Positions 44,698 to 55,306 are shown, counted from the first letter of the stretch. The stretch: 64,000 nt of DNA from Candidatus Kaiserbacteria bacterium (GCA_016204695.1 JACQKD010000014.1:18562-82561), one strand, 5' to 3'. Translations and numbers: made by a program. Notes: generated by a model not told the origin, from the letters alone.

Positions 44698-45657
44698 ATG
44701 ACAACCAAACAGAAAATCCTCCAGTCTCTTATACCGCTTATTGAGGACCTGCAATTCGTGATAATCGACGACAAACGTGTACAAGAGGTCGCGAAGGAGT
44801 TGCTTTCGGCTGATCTTCCTCCCTGGGACAACGACCTTCAACTGCTCGGAACGCCCGAAGAAACAGCGCAATACTATTTCTTTGTTGACAGTATCAACTT
44901 CTGTTTTTGGGCACCAAAAGGCGAAACCCGATGGGAATATGAGATTAACGGCGCATGGGTCGGCGGGTACTATGCCTATTCCCGAGCTATCAAGGATGCG
45001 TTCCTTAAGAGCCGTCATTTTTTCGATGCAAAGTATCTGCAAACTATCCCGGAAGATGTTTTTCGTGCGATCTTTGAAAGCGGAAGAAACAAGCTTTTGC
45101 TTCTTGAGGAGCGACTGCAAATCATACGAGAAAATTTCTCTATTTTGTCGGATCAGTTTGATGGTCAGGCAATCAACCTCATCGAGCAAACGGGGAAAGA
45201 CGCGGACAAAATCGTCGAGCTTCTCACCGCGTCGTTCCCCTCATTTCGAGACAGTGCTCTTTGGGAAGACAGCACGCTCTATTTTCTCAAGCGGGCGCAG
45301 ATTTTTGCATCAGATGTCTCATATACCGGCCTGCCGGAACTCGCCATCGCCAATCTCGACCATCTCACCGTATTTGCCGACTATAAGTTGCCGCAGATAC
45401 TTGAATCATTCGGCGTGCTGACATACGCACCCGAATTGGATGCCGATATACGAAACGAGGTGCTTATCCCCCCGGGATCACGTAAAGAAATAGAGATCCG
45501 CGCATGCGCGATCACAGCGGTCGAACGAATACGCGACGAGATGGAGCGGCTCGGCAGAGCGCTTTCAAGCAACGAGCTCGATTGGATACTCTGGGTCAAG
45601 GCAAAGCAGACGACATTCATAAAACCTCACCACAAGACCCTCACAACGTTTTATTAA
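44698..45657 (+). CDS. queuosine salvage family protein (DUF2419/Qng1-like)
   Basis: NFCFW and VFADYKLPQIL motifs, which I recall as characteristic of DUF2419 proteins. Confidence 0.5.
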   Translation: MTTKQKILQSLIPLIEDLQFVIIDDKRVQEVAKELLSADLPPWDNDLQLLGTPEETAQYYFFVDSINFCFWAPKGETRWEYEINGAWVGGYYAYSRAIKDAFLKSRHFFDAKYLQTIPEDVFRAIFESGRNKLLLLEERLQIIRENFSILSDQFDGQAINLIEQTGKDADKIVELLTASFPSFRDSALWEDSTLYFLKRAQIFASDVSYTGLPELAIANLDHLTVFADYKLPQILESFGVLTYAPELDADIRNEVLIPPGSRKEIEIRACAITAVERIRDEMERLGRALSSNELDWILWVKAKQTTFIKPHHKTLTTFY

Positions 45658-45673
45658 CGCTTTCCAAGATTAC

Positions 45674-46204
45674 ATGCAACACCACAACACTCTTTTTATC
45701 CTCTGCGGCGAAGCGTTTTCGGGAAAGTCGACTCTCGCCGACCATATCGCCAAGCACTACGGAGCGCATATCGTCGGACGCGACCTGATCTATTTTTCGC
45801 TTGCCGACGCATTGGCTCTCGAAGAGACGCCGGAAGAGGATGATGATGCTTTCTGGAAAAACATGTGGCCGATCGCCATGCAAGGCGTGCGGAATCTTTT
45901 GCTGACAGGCCAGTCGGTGGTATTCGACGACAACTGTCTGCTCTTTCGACAACGTGAAGAATTGCGTGAGATCGCAACCGCCTGCGGCGCGCGGAGTGTC
46001 CTGATCTATCTCAATGTACCCGCGGATATTCTCAAAAAACGAAAAGACGCGAACAAATTGACGCGGGAACGGCATGATGTCCCTTCTGCATGGCTTGCGG
46101 ATGATGCGCGACTTTTCGAGCGACCGGAAGAAACTGAAAAAATTCTGCCGTACACCCCTGACGAACCGGCTGAAATGCTCTGGAAGAGAATTGAGCAGAT
46201 CTGA
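45674..46204 (+). CDS. P-loop NTPase (AAA_33/kinase-like ATP-binding protein)
   Basis: Walker A ILCGEAFSGKSTLA; small size typical of zeta-toxin/PNK-like kinases. Confidence 0.55.
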   Translation: MQHHNTLFILCGEAFSGKSTLADHIAKHYGAHIVGRDLIYFSLADALALEETPEEDDDAFWKNMWPIAMQGVRNLLLTGQSVVFDDNCLLFRQREELREIATACGARSVLIYLNVPADILKKRKDANKLTRERHDVPSAWLADDARLFERPEETEKILPYTPDEPAEMLWKRIEQI

Positions 46205-46283
46205 TCACAAACCGCTTATTCTTCCCCGGATGGCTTTTCTGACTGCGCCGAAAGTGTGCTTGTGAGAAGAAAAGTCGCGTTGC

Positions 46284-46296
46284 TATACTCTTAGTC
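46284..46296 (+). promoter_or_regulatory. -10 box TATACT 7 nt upstream of the Nudix ATG (leaderless pattern)
   Basis: gcTATACT cttagtc ATG. Confidence 0.3.
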
Positions 46297-46746
46297 ATGC
46301 CGGAACACTTCAAATATATTGCCGCAAGTTACTTACTGCTTATCAATGATGGGAATATTTTGTTGCAGCGCAGATACAATACCGGCTTCATGGATGGTTG
46401 GTATGGACTGCCTTCCGGACATCTCGACGGAGGAGAAACCGCACGAGAAGGAGGGTCGCGTGAATTCAAAGAAGAGCTCGGTATCCGTATTGACCCCGAA
46501 GACTTGAGCATGGTGCATGTGATGCATCGCAAAGCGCGCAACGATGAACGAATCGACTTCTTCATGACCACGAAACGGTACGAGGGAACGATAGAGAATC
46601 GGGAGCCGCACAAATGCGATGATCTCCGCTGGTGTCCTCCGGATGCGCTTCCTGAAAACACTATTGATTATATCGTCACAGCGATCAAGGCGTTTCGAGA
46701 CGGGGAATTCTATTCTGAGTTTGGGTGGTCCCGGCACACAGGGTAA
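46297..46746 (+). CDS. Nudix hydrolase
   Basis: Nudix box GHLDGGETAREGGSREFKEELGI. Confidence 0.75.
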   Translation: MPEHFKYIAASYLLLINDGNILLQRRYNTGFMDGWYGLPSGHLDGGETAREGGSREFKEELGIRIDPEDLSMVHVMHRKARNDERIDFFMTTKRYEGTIENREPHKCDDLRWCPPDALPENTIDYIVTAIKAFRDGEFYSEFGWSRHTG

Positions 46747-46797
46747 AAACAGGAACGCGATGGTCACTATCCGCGCATAGACCTAATTCAGCTACAG

Positions 46798-47142
46798 TTG
46801 TTTGGGGAACAAGGAATGATACTTTATACTTTACTTATGGAACGTAAAACTCTCAAGGAACTCCAGAGGTTCTACGCGGAGAAGTCAAAAGAACGGGGCT
46901 TCGATAAGGAAACAGCACAAGATGCGCTCTTACTCATGGTAGAAGAAGTAGGCGAACTCGCTCGGGCGGTCAGAAAACAAGCGAGCATAAAAATAGACGA
47001 TAAGACAAAAGTATACGCTGTTGAGGAGGAGCTTGCCGATATTTTCAACTATCTGTTGCATATTTCAAACATATTGGGATTAGATCTGGAAGAATCGTTT
47101 TGGAAAAAAGAAGAAGAGAATAAAAAGAGAAAGTGGACATAA
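46798..47142 (+). CDS. MazG nucleotide pyrophosphohydrolase domain protein
   Basis: VEEVGELARAVRK and EELADIFNYLLHISNILGLDLEESF (MazG EEXX(E/D) motifs). An alternative start is 46816. Confidence 0.65.
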   Translation: MFGEQGMILYTLLMERKTLKELQRFYAEKSKERGFDKETAQDALLLMVEEVGELARAVRKQASIKIDDKTKVYAVEEELADIFNYLLHISNILGLDLEESFWKKEEENKKRKWT

Positions 47143-47158
47143 GTCCCGGACGACGGGT

Positions 47159-47968
47159 ATGTTTAAGAAAATCTTATACGGCGTCGGCGGGGTAGTTATC
47201 CTTATAGTCATATTCAGCACGATTGGATACAAAGACAACAAGACAGGTCCTAAAGACATTTTTAGTTTACAAGAAGCTATCGTAACAGGACCTTTCTCCA
47301 CGAACACACCAGTATCGGGAGAACAACCGGTACCAGGGCAAGAAGAAAACGTCACATATTATCGAGTAATCAAAGTGGTTGACGGAGATACGATTGCTGT
47401 TGATATGGACGGGAAAACGGAAACGATACGACTGATCGGGATCAACACGCCGGAGACGGTAGACCCGCGAAAGCAGGTGGAATGTTTCGGTCGCGAAGCG
47501 TCGGACAAAGCAAAAGAATTACTCTCCGGCAAACGCGTACGAGTAGAGACGGACGCCACGCAAGGAGAGCGGGACAAATACGGCCGCCTCTTGGCGTATA
47601 TCTATCTCGAAGACGGACTCTTTTTCAACAAGCACATGATCGAGGAAGGATACGCATACGAGTATACGTACAATCTGCCATACAAATACCAAGCAGAGTT
47701 CAGAGCGGCACAACAGTCCGCGCAAGCCGGCGAAAAAGGTCTGTGGACTAAAGGAGTATGTGACAGCAGATCAACAGCGACGCCGTCTCCGTCAATTCCG
47801 GCATCTGTTTCCTCCGACTATTCATGTGCGGAAGATACCTACAATTGCGGCGGCTTCAAAACGCATGCCGAGGCTCAATCCGCATACGAGGCCTGCGGCG
47901 GGACGGGAAACGACATCCATCACCTCGATCAAGATGGGGATGGGTTGGCCTGCGAAAGCTTACCTTAA
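47159..47968 (+). CDS. nuc: secreted thermonuclease (SNase-like) with C-terminal Excalibur calcium-binding domain
   Basis: N-terminal TM/signal; VVDGDTIAV...IRLIGINTPE...YGRLLAYIY (staphylococcal nuclease fold motifs); C-terminal HLDQDGDGLACE (Excalibur DxDxDGxxCE). Confidence 0.8.
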   Translation: MFKKILYGVGGVVILIVIFSTIGYKDNKTGPKDIFSLQEAIVTGPFSTNTPVSGEQPVPGQEENVTYYRVIKVVDGDTIAVDMDGKTETIRLIGINTPETVDPRKQVECFGREASDKAKELLSGKRVRVETDATQGERDKYGRLLAYIYLEDGLFFNKHMIEEGYAYEYTYNLPYKYQAEFRAAQQSAQAGEKGLWTKGVCDSRSTATPSPSIPASVSSDYSCAEDTYNCGGFKTHAEAQSAYEACGGTGNDIHHLDQDGDGLACESLP

Positions 47969-47995
47969 GCGTCCGTTCGTCGATTTCTACCGAAG

Positions 47996-48043
47996 CAAAA
48001 AGCGCCGCCGCCGGGGCAAAGCCCCGGCGGCGGCGCTTTTTGC
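47996..48043. terminator. strong rho-independent terminator (17-bp GC stem, bidirectional)
   Basis: aaaaagcgccgccgccggggc-aaa-gccccggcggcggcgctttttgc. Confidence 0.65.
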
Positions 48044-48114
48044 TTCTCACAATCCCAAATGGTACTCTTATCCGCAGAAACTGGAGAATACTGTTTATCC
48101 GTATATCGTTACAT

Positions 48115-49284
48115 ATGATTAATTCAAAAAAGATTATCTGGGGTGTAGTAGTGCTCATCGCACTTGTTGCCATTGCTTTTTTCTCAATGAAAAAGAGTCC
48201 GGAAGCGCCTGACACCGCTACCAAAAACGAGGATACGGGTCCCATAAAAGTCGGCGTCATACTGCCGCTGACCGGAGATGGCGCAGTATACGGCGAGCCC
48301 GCGAGAAACATCTACCAGATGGCGGTCGTGGAGATCAATGCCGCCGACGGTGTTGGAGGCAGGATGCTTGAGCTCGTCGTCGAAGACAGCAAGTGCACCG
48401 GGGAGACGGCAGTAAGCGCCGCACAGAAACTTATAAACGTCGACAAGGTAAAAGTAATTATTGGCGGATTCTGCAGTAGCGAGTCACTTGCCGCAACACC
48501 GGTGGCTGCAAACGCCAAAGTGGTGCTCTTCTCGCCCGGCTCGTCGAGTCCGGATCTCACGGGTGCAAGTCCGTTTTTCTTCCGCAATTATCCGAGCGAC
48601 GCATCACAGGGTACTGTACTCGCGCGAATCGCATACAACGACAAAAAGTATAAGACCGTGGCATTTATTCAGGAGCAAACAGACTATGCGGCCGGAGTAT
48701 ACAAGGCCTTTAATGAAGAATTCACCAAGCTCGGCGGTACGGTCACAAACGAGAGTTTCCCGACGAAGAACACCGATTTTCGAGCGATTGTTACGAAGAT
48801 AAAAGACGCGAAGCCCGATGCGGTCTTTATTGACACGCAGACTCCGGCAGTCGGAACCCGGATCATGCAACAATCAGAACAGCTTCAATATAAACCCGCC
48901 TTAATCGTCAACGATGTTATTTCAGGCGACCCCGATACCGTCACGCAAAATGCCGAGTTTCTGGAAGGGGCACTCACGGCGGAGTTTGGCATTGATCCGC
49001 AAAATCAGAAATTCCAGCACTTGATAACGGCATACAAGGAAAAGTACGGGCAGGAGCCTCCGTACCAAAGCTATGCGCAGACCGAATACGACGCGGTCTT
49101 CATGGTCCGCGACGCGCTCCTCGCAAACGGCGAGGATGGCGAGAAGATCGCCAAGTGGTCGCGCACAGTGAAAGACTGGGAGGGCGCTTCGGGAAAGATC
49201 ACCATTCTCCCCAGCGGCGACCGCGACGGCGGCCACTCGCCGAGAGTGATTAAGAGTGGTAAAGTGGCGCCGTATACCAAATAA
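48115..49284 (+). CDS. branched-chain amino acid ABC transporter substrate-binding protein (LivJ/K-like, PBP type 1)
   Basis: Signal anchor; IKVGVILPLTGDGAVYGE...; periplasmic binding protein family 1 pattern; start at internal ATG (MINSKK). Confidence 0.85.
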   Translation: MINSKKIIWGVVVLIALVAIAFFSMKKSPEAPDTATKNEDTGPIKVGVILPLTGDGAVYGEPARNIYQMAVVEINAADGVGGRMLELVVEDSKCTGETAVSAAQKLINVDKVKVIIGGFCSSESLAATPVAANAKVVLFSPGSSSPDLTGASPFFFRNYPSDASQGTVLARIAYNDKKYKTVAFIQEQTDYAAGVYKAFNEEFTKLGGTVTNESFPTKNTDFRAIVTKIKDAKPDAVFIDTQTPAVGTRIMQQSEQLQYKPALIVNDVISGDPDTVTQNAEFLEGALTAEFGIDPQNQKFQHLITAYKEKYGQEPPYQSYAQTEYDAVFMVRDALLANGEDGEKIAKWSRTVKDWEGASGKITILPSGDRDGGHSPRVIKSGKVAPYTK

Positions 49285-49295
49285 CCAACCGGATT

Positions 49296-50429
49296 ATGAA
49301 CAACACAGGCAAATGGGTGGGAGGGGTGGTAGTGGTCATCGCCCTTATCGCGATCGTCGTATTCGCGATGCGGAGCGGCAAGAGCGATTCGACCGATACG
49401 AACGCGACAAGCACGGAAAAGAGCACGATAAAAATCGGACTTTCGTTACCGCTCACCGGCGACCTCGCCTTCATCGGCGAAACCGATCGCAATGCCGCAC
49501 AGCTTGCGCTTGAGGAGGTCAATAAACAGGAGGGGCTTAAGCATAACTATGAGCTCGTGTTCGAAGACGACTCGTTCAATGCGGCGAAAGCGGCGAGTGT
49601 CATAAAAAAGTTTACGAGCATAGACAAAGTTGATGCAGTCATCAGCATTGGCTCAACGGCAGGGAATGTCGTTGCGCCCGTTGCCGAAACCAATCGCATT
49701 CCACACATCGGGGCGGGTGCTTCTGATTCGACTATCGCCAAGGGCGATTACAATTTCATTCACTGGACGCGACCACAGGAGGAAGCGGACGCGATGCTCA
49801 AAGAACTCCAAAAACGAAAAATAACAAAAGTCGCGGCCCTGGTAGCTAATCAGCAAGGCCTCCAGGCAATGAATACAGAACTCAAAAATAAAGCCGGGGC
49901 CGTTGGCATTACTATTACCGATGAGACATTCAATCTTGGACAGACCGATTTCCGCACAACCATCTCAAAGATTGAAAAGGAAAAACCGGAAATATACCTT
50001 CTGGGAGCATTTGACCCTGAAGTCGGCATCATCGCAAAACAAATCCGTGAGCTCGGTATCAAAACACCGCTGACTTCTATTGAATCGTTCGCGCTCACCG
50101 CCGACTTGAAACCGTTTGAGGGACAGTGGTTCGTCGATGCGGCCGTTCCGACAAGCCAATTCGGCGGCACATACCAACAAAAGTATGGCAAAGAACCCGG
50201 GCCTGCGGCGGCAAATACCTACGACGCGATCCATCTCTTGGTGAAAGCGTTTGAAGCAGTGCCGGGAGACGGAAAGCCGGCGAGTGACCAAGTTGCCAAA
50301 GCGCTTGGCGGGACACAGGGATACAGTGGGGCGCTTGGCCCGCTGTCGGTCAACTCTGATGGGATATTCATCTCACAGGCGGCAATAAAAATCGTTAAGG
50401 ATGGAAAAGCGGTAGCGGTGCAAGAATAG
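49296..50429 (+). CDS. branched-chain amino acid ABC transporter substrate-binding protein (paralog 2)
   Basis: IKIGLSLPLTGDLAFIGE...; same family. Confidence 0.85.
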   Translation: MNNTGKWVGGVVVVIALIAIVVFAMRSGKSDSTDTNATSTEKSTIKIGLSLPLTGDLAFIGETDRNAAQLALEEVNKQEGLKHNYELVFEDDSFNAAKAASVIKKFTSIDKVDAVISIGSTAGNVVAPVAETNRIPHIGAGASDSTIAKGDYNFIHWTRPQEEADAMLKELQKRKITKVAALVANQQGLQAMNTELKNKAGAVGITITDETFNLGQTDFRTTISKIEKEKPEIYLLGAFDPEVGIIAKQIRELGIKTPLTSIESFALTADLKPFEGQWFVDAAVPTSQFGGTYQQKYGKEPGPAAANTYDAIHLLVKAFEAVPGDGKPASDQVAKALGGTQGYSGALGPLSVNSDGIFISQAAIKIVKDGKAVAVQE

Positions 50430-50503
50430 CGCAAAGACTCCGAAACCCACAAAAACCGCTCGCGGATGAGCGGTTTTTGTGGGATAGTAGCCATAATTCC
50501 GCC

Positions 50504-51364
50504 ATGGACATCATCCCTCAACTCGTCGTCAACAGCATCATCGCAGGCGCGATATACAGCATGGTCGCGCTTGGCTTCAATCTCATTTACGGGACGACCA
50601 AATTTTTCAACCTCGCGCACGGCACTGTCGCCGCCATCGGCGGGTACACCGTCTTTTACCTTTCAAAATCTCTCGATTTTCCCGTACTGCCAAGCGTCAT
50701 CGTCGGCGTCTTATTTGCCGGATGCATCGGCTATCTGGTCGACAAAAGCGTGTTCCGGGCGTTACGAAAAAAGAAGGCCTCGGGCATGGTCTTTCTCGTG
50801 GCTTCGCTCGGCGTTATGACAGCGCTCCAGGCACTGGTCGCCATACTCTTTTCGAGCCAATTCCAAACACTGTCCGTCGGGTCTGCAAAAGTCTACCAGG
50901 TCTTCGGAGGCGTCATCACGCAGGTGCAGGCAATCATCTTGCTCTGCGTGCTTCTCATCATGGCCGGATTGACGCTTCTGCTCCGGTTCACCCGCTTCGG
51001 CAAAGCGGTAAGAGCGACGAGCGATGAAGAAGAAGTCGCCAAAATCGTCGGCATCAATACAAACAAAATCATCGGCAGAGTATTTTTCCTCGGTTCGGCA
51101 ATTGCCGGACTCTCCGGCATACTCGTCGGCTTTGACACCGGCATTGAGCCGGCAATGGGACTCTCGCTCTTGCTCAAGGGTGTGATTGCTTCCATCATCG
51201 GCGGCATCGGCAACGTCTACGGCGGCGTACTTGGCGCGTTCCTTCTCGGGTTCATTGAGAACTTCGGCATCTGGAAAATTTCCGGCGAATGGAAGGACGC
51301 AATCGCTTTCGGCGTATTGCTCATTTTCCTCCTCTTCAGGCCGCAGGGACTCATTAAAAAATAG
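50504..51364 (+). CDS. livH: branched-chain amino acid ABC transporter permease (LivH-like)
   Basis: MDIIPQLVVNSIIAGAIYSMVALGFNLIYG N-terminus typical of LivH; 8-9 TM helices. Confidence 0.8.
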   Translation: MDIIPQLVVNSIIAGAIYSMVALGFNLIYGTTKFFNLAHGTVAAIGGYTVFYLSKSLDFPVLPSVIVGVLFAGCIGYLVDKSVFRALRKKKASGMVFLVASLGVMTALQALVAILFSSQFQTLSVGSAKVYQVFGGVITQVQAIILLCVLLIMAGLTLLLRFTRFGKAVRATSDEEEVAKIVGINTNKIIGRVFFLGSAIAGLSGILVGFDTGIEPAMGLSLLLKGVIASIIGGIGNVYGGVLGAFLLGFIENFGIWKISGEWKDAIAFGVLLIFLLFRPQGLIKK

Positions 51365-51370
51365 CTCTCT

Positions 51371-52237
51371 ATGGAATACTTCATCCACCTCGGCATACTC
51401 GTCGCCATATACGCCATTCTCGCGCTCTCGCTCAATCTCGTGATTGGCTACACGGGACTGCTCTCGGTAACCCAAGCCGCCTTCTACGGCATCGGCGCGT
51501 ACGCGACCGCCATCCTCATCACCTCCTATGATGTCAATTTTTTTCTTTCAATACTCATCGGCATGGCGGCGACAGGCCTTGCCGCCTTTATCATCGGATA
51601 CGTGCTGTCGAGATTCGACGGAGACTACTTTGCGCTCGGCTCGTTTGGGTTCAACATCATCATCTTCAGCATATTCATGAACTGGCAAGAGCTGACGCGA
51701 GGACCTTTGGGAATCCCGGGAATCGACCGGCCGTCCCTTTTCGGGTTCGTCTTTTCGGATAACACGCCGTTCCTCGTCCTCGCGGCGCTACTCGCAGTCC
51801 TCGCTTACTTCCTCTGCCAATTCATTGTCCATTCATCGTTCGGCAGAGTACTTAAGGCCATCAGGGAAGACGAGAAAGCGATACAAATATTCGGATACAA
51901 AACCGGCTACTACAAGCTCGTCGTATTCATAGTCGGCGCAATGGTCGCCTCGGTCGGCGGGTCGCTCTTCGCATCGTATATTACTTTCATTGACCCCTCA
52001 TCGTTCCACCTCAACGAGTCGATATTCGTGCTCGCAATCATCATTCTCGGGGGACTTGCCAACAATAAAGGAGCAGTCTGGGGAGCCGCCTTCCTCATCC
52101 TTCTCCCCGAAGCCCTGCGCTTCGTCGGCTTCCCCACCGACATCGCCGCTCAGATGCGCCAGGTCGTCTACGGCCTCATCCTCGTCCTCCTCATGCTGTA
52201 CCGACCGCAAGGCTTGATGGGAGAGTATAAATTATGA
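51371..52237 (+). CDS. livM: branched-chain amino acid ABC transporter permease (LivM-like)
   Basis: Polytopic membrane protein following livH; GYTGLLSVTQAAFYGIGAY motif region. Confidence 0.8.
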   Translation: MEYFIHLGILVAIYAILALSLNLVIGYTGLLSVTQAAFYGIGAYATAILITSYDVNFFLSILIGMAATGLAAFIIGYVLSRFDGDYFALGSFGFNIIIFSIFMNWQELTRGPLGIPGIDRPSLFGFVFSDNTPFLVLAALLAVLAYFLCQFIVHSSFGRVLKAIREDEKAIQIFGYKTGYYKLVVFIVGAMVASVGGSLFASYITFIDPSSFHLNESIFVLAIIILGGLANNKGAVWGAAFLILLPEALRFVGFPTDIAAQMRQVVYGLILVLLMLYRPQGLMGEYKL

Positions 52238-52257
52238 AGTTGTGGTAGATTACCTTT

Positions 52258-53376
52258 ATGAAAAAGACGCTTATTGGTACGGCCATTATCCTAGTTCTTG
52301 CAAGTCTCGTTCTGGTAGTTGCAAAAAATAACAAGCGGACTACAGATGGTTCTGTAAAAGTTGGTGCTGTCTTGTTTCTGACCGGCAATCAAGCGGTATT
52401 TGGCGAGGAAATACGCAATTCATTACTCCTGGCAAACGAGGTATATAACGCCGACGCAGACACTAACGTCGAACTTCTGATCGAAGATAGCCAGGATGAC
52501 CCGAAGGCTGGAATAAGCGCATACAACAAACTCAAACAGCAGGGTGTGTCCGCGATGATCTCTGCCGGCGATCAAGTAAGCTACGCGCTTTCTCCGCTTG
52601 CCAATAACGATAAATTACCTCTTGTGATGACGGCGGCTGCGGCTGGCGAGATCAATGGAGACTACACATTTCGATCATTTATTACTGCACGGAAGCAAGC
52701 GGAAGTTGTGGGCAATTATGCGGTAGAAGACCTCAAAAGCAAAAACATCGGTGTACTCTACATAAATAATATCTTTGGAGAGTCGTATCTAGACGCTCTC
52801 AAAGCGGCACTCCACGACAGAGCTGCAGTCGTTTCTGAGGAGGCGTTCAATATAGCGGACAGTGAATTGCGAACGCAGATAACAAAAGTTATCGCGAGCG
52901 AGCCTGATGCGATAGTGATTTCCGGTTTCGGGCCTGGCTATACGACTGCTTTCAACCAGCTTCGGCAATACGGTTGGCGAGGAAGTATCCTGACGGTAAA
53001 TACGCTTTCCATTCCGTATGTGTTCAATACCATCGCCCCCGCTAACCTGCACGATACGTATTTCACTGACACCAATTTTGACATCAGTGAGCCTGCGAAC
53101 GCAAAGACCGCAGAATTCATCAAACGATATAAGGAAAAGTACAAGACTAATCCAAGCTTTATCGGGGCATTCGCATACGACATGTATACGGTATTGGGCT
53201 CCGCGATTCAAAAATGCGGCTCTGACCCGGAAGAAATCAAAGATTGTCTCCTAGATATACAAGGTGTGGATGCAATGCTCGGCGATATTGATTTCTCCAC
53301 CCACGAGATGCGCGTCCCGCTCTACGTTAAAAAGGTTGAGGACGGCACACCAGCCATTGTCAAAGTCATAGAGTAA
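52258..53376 (+). CDS. branched-chain amino acid ABC transporter substrate-binding protein (paralog 3)
   Basis: VKVGAVLFLTGNQAVFGE...; PBP1 family. Confidence 0.8.
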   Translation: MKKTLIGTAIILVLASLVLVVAKNNKRTTDGSVKVGAVLFLTGNQAVFGEEIRNSLLLANEVYNADADTNVELLIEDSQDDPKAGISAYNKLKQQGVSAMISAGDQVSYALSPLANNDKLPLVMTAAAAGEINGDYTFRSFITARKQAEVVGNYAVEDLKSKNIGVLYINNIFGESYLDALKAALHDRAAVVSEEAFNIADSELRTQITKVIASEPDAIVISGFGPGYTTAFNQLRQYGWRGSILTVNTLSIPYVFNTIAPANLHDTYFTDTNFDISEPANAKTAEFIKRYKEKYKTNPSFIGAFAYDMYTVLGSAIQKCGSDPEEIKDCLLDIQGVDAMLGDIDFSTHEMRVPLYVKKVEDGTPAIVKVIE

Positions 53377-53423
53377 GACCTGGAGTACTGGTCATATAGC
53401 CGAGAGCCCCGGGATTTGGTAGG

Positions 53424-54554
53424 ATGGATTTTGATATGAAAACAATAATCGGGATACTGGTGATTATCTTACTCGTAATCGGCGTTATCGTATTTACCAA
53501 AAAACCGGCATCGGAAGAAACGTCAAATGGAACAATAACGATAGGAGCTATTATCTCGGAAACGGGCGTCGCGGCCGCATTCGGCGAAATGTCGCGCAAG
53601 GGCATCGAGCTTGCGGTGAAGGAGATCAACAACACAGGCGGTGTAGACGGCAGGATGGTGTCAGTGGTATTTGAGGACGATAGGACAGACCCGAAGGCGG
53701 CATCAGGCGCGTTTCAAAAGCTCACGAGCGTAGACAAGGTCGGCGCAATCATCGGCAGCAATTTTGATTTCGTTACACAACCTCTTTTTTCTCTGGCAGA
53801 AACGAACAAGACCGTTGTCGTGACTCCGCTCTCTCCCCGGATCGCGGGAGCGTTCGACACGAATGCGTACTCGTTCACCATGATGACCGACTTTTCGGAC
53901 ATCATCAGGACATTTGACGGATACCTGAAAGAAACGGAGTATGACCAGCTCGGCATCGTCCGCTTCGAAAGCGCATTCGGCGAGGAAATAGAAAAGACAC
54001 TGAACGCCATGCAGTCGGAAATGGGCAAGAAGTCGCTTATCTCCGAAACATATCAGCGAATCGGAAATGCCGATTTCAAAACGACCATTCTCAAGCTCAA
54101 GGAAGCAAAGGTCGATATGATCTTTCTCGACACGGTAGCGACCGACACAATCACGTTTGTCACACAGGCAAAGCAACTCGACTATACCCCGCAGATCATC
54201 ACCCACTTTGACGTTGAAGATACGGTCAAAATACAAGGCGTCGATACGTCCCTTTTCGAAGGTATCGTACTGATTAACTGGGGCTTCGCGCCGACGTCGT
54301 TTGCGGAAAAGTTCAAGAAAGAATACGGGATAGAGGCCGGAAAGGCGGCTGACCGCGCATACGATGCGGTCTATGTCCTCGCCCATGCGATTGCAAAAAC
54401 TCCAAACCTCTCCGATCTTCCCAAGACACTGGAATCACAATCATTCAAAACTCCGAATGTCGAGTTCGGGTTCAATCCGAACCACGCCGCCGCAACCACG
54501 CCTGTCGTCGTCCAGATGATAAAAGACGGTACGGTAGTTGGGTATAAGAAGTAA
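53424..54554 (+). CDS. branched-chain amino acid ABC transporter substrate-binding protein (paralog 4)
   Basis: ITIGAIISETGVAAAFGE...; PBP1 family. Confidence 0.8.
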   Translation: MDFDMKTIIGILVIILLVIGVIVFTKKPASEETSNGTITIGAIISETGVAAAFGEMSRKGIELAVKEINNTGGVDGRMVSVVFEDDRTDPKAASGAFQKLTSVDKVGAIIGSNFDFVTQPLFSLAETNKTVVVTPLSPRIAGAFDTNAYSFTMMTDFSDIIRTFDGYLKETEYDQLGIVRFESAFGEEIEKTLNAMQSEMGKKSLISETYQRIGNADFKTTILKLKEAKVDMIFLDTVATDTITFVTQAKQLDYTPQIITHFDVEDTVKIQGVDTSLFEGIVLINWGFAPTSFAEKFKKEYGIEAGKAADRAYDAVYVLAHAIAKTPNLSDLPKTLESQSFKTPNVEFGFNPNHAAATTPVVVQMIKDGTVVGYKK

Positions 54555-54571
54555 CCGCGACCAACAAGGCT

Positions 54572-55306
54572 GTGCCCACTCTCGAAACAAAAAGCATTTC
54601 AAAGCGTTTCGACAGCATCAAGGCGGTCGATAACGTCTCCCTTTCGTTTGAAGCCGGAAAGATTACCGGGCTCATCGGACCGAACGGGTCGGGCAAGTCG
54701 ACGCTGATCAACCTGCTCACCGGATTCGTCCCGTACGATGCGGGAATGCTTGTGCTCGGAGAGACGACCAGGCTCTCACGGGTGCGGCCGTACGACATCG
54801 CCACATACGACATCACGCGCACGTTCCAAGACGTGCGGCTCTTCGAGCAGATGTCGGTGCTCGACAATGTGCTTGTCGTGCTCACCGAGCGCAATGTCTG
54901 GAGCGCACTCTTTGAGAAGCACAAAACATACCATCTCGAAAAGGCGAAAGAAGTCTTGGAGCGAGTCGGGCTGTGGGAAAAAAGAAACCAGCTTGCGGTA
55001 AACCTCTCGTACGGCCAGCGCAAGCTCCTCGAGATCGCCCGCGCAGTCGCGATGGATGCAAATATCTATTTCTTCGACGAGCCGTTCGCGGGACTCTTTC
55101 CAGAGATGCGCAAAGTGGTAACCTCCGTACTCAAAGAGCTCCGGAACAAAGGCAACACGGTCATTCTCGTCGAGCACAACATGGATATCATCCGCGAGCT
55201 CTCCGACTACTGCGTCGTCATGGATTCGGGCTCGCTCCTTGCGCAAGGCAAGCCCGAGGTCGTCCTCTCCCGCAAAGACGTCATCGAGGCATATCTTGGC
55301 GAATAA
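54572..55306 (+). CDS. livG: branched-chain amino acid ABC transporter ATP-binding protein (LivG-like)
   Basis: Walker A GPNGSGKST, signature LSYGQRK, Walker B IYFFDEPFAGL; GTG start. Confidence 0.85.
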   Translation: MPTLETKSISKRFDSIKAVDNVSLSFEAGKITGLIGPNGSGKSTLINLLTGFVPYDAGMLVLGETTRLSRVRPYDIATYDITRTFQDVRLFEQMSVLDNVLVVLTERNVWSALFEKHKTYHLEKAKEVLERVGLWEKRNQLAVNLSYGQRKLLEIARAVAMDANIYFFDEPFAGLFPEMRKVVTSVLKELRNKGNTVILVEHNMDIIRELSDYCVVMDSGSLLAQGKPEVVLSRKDVIEAYLGE

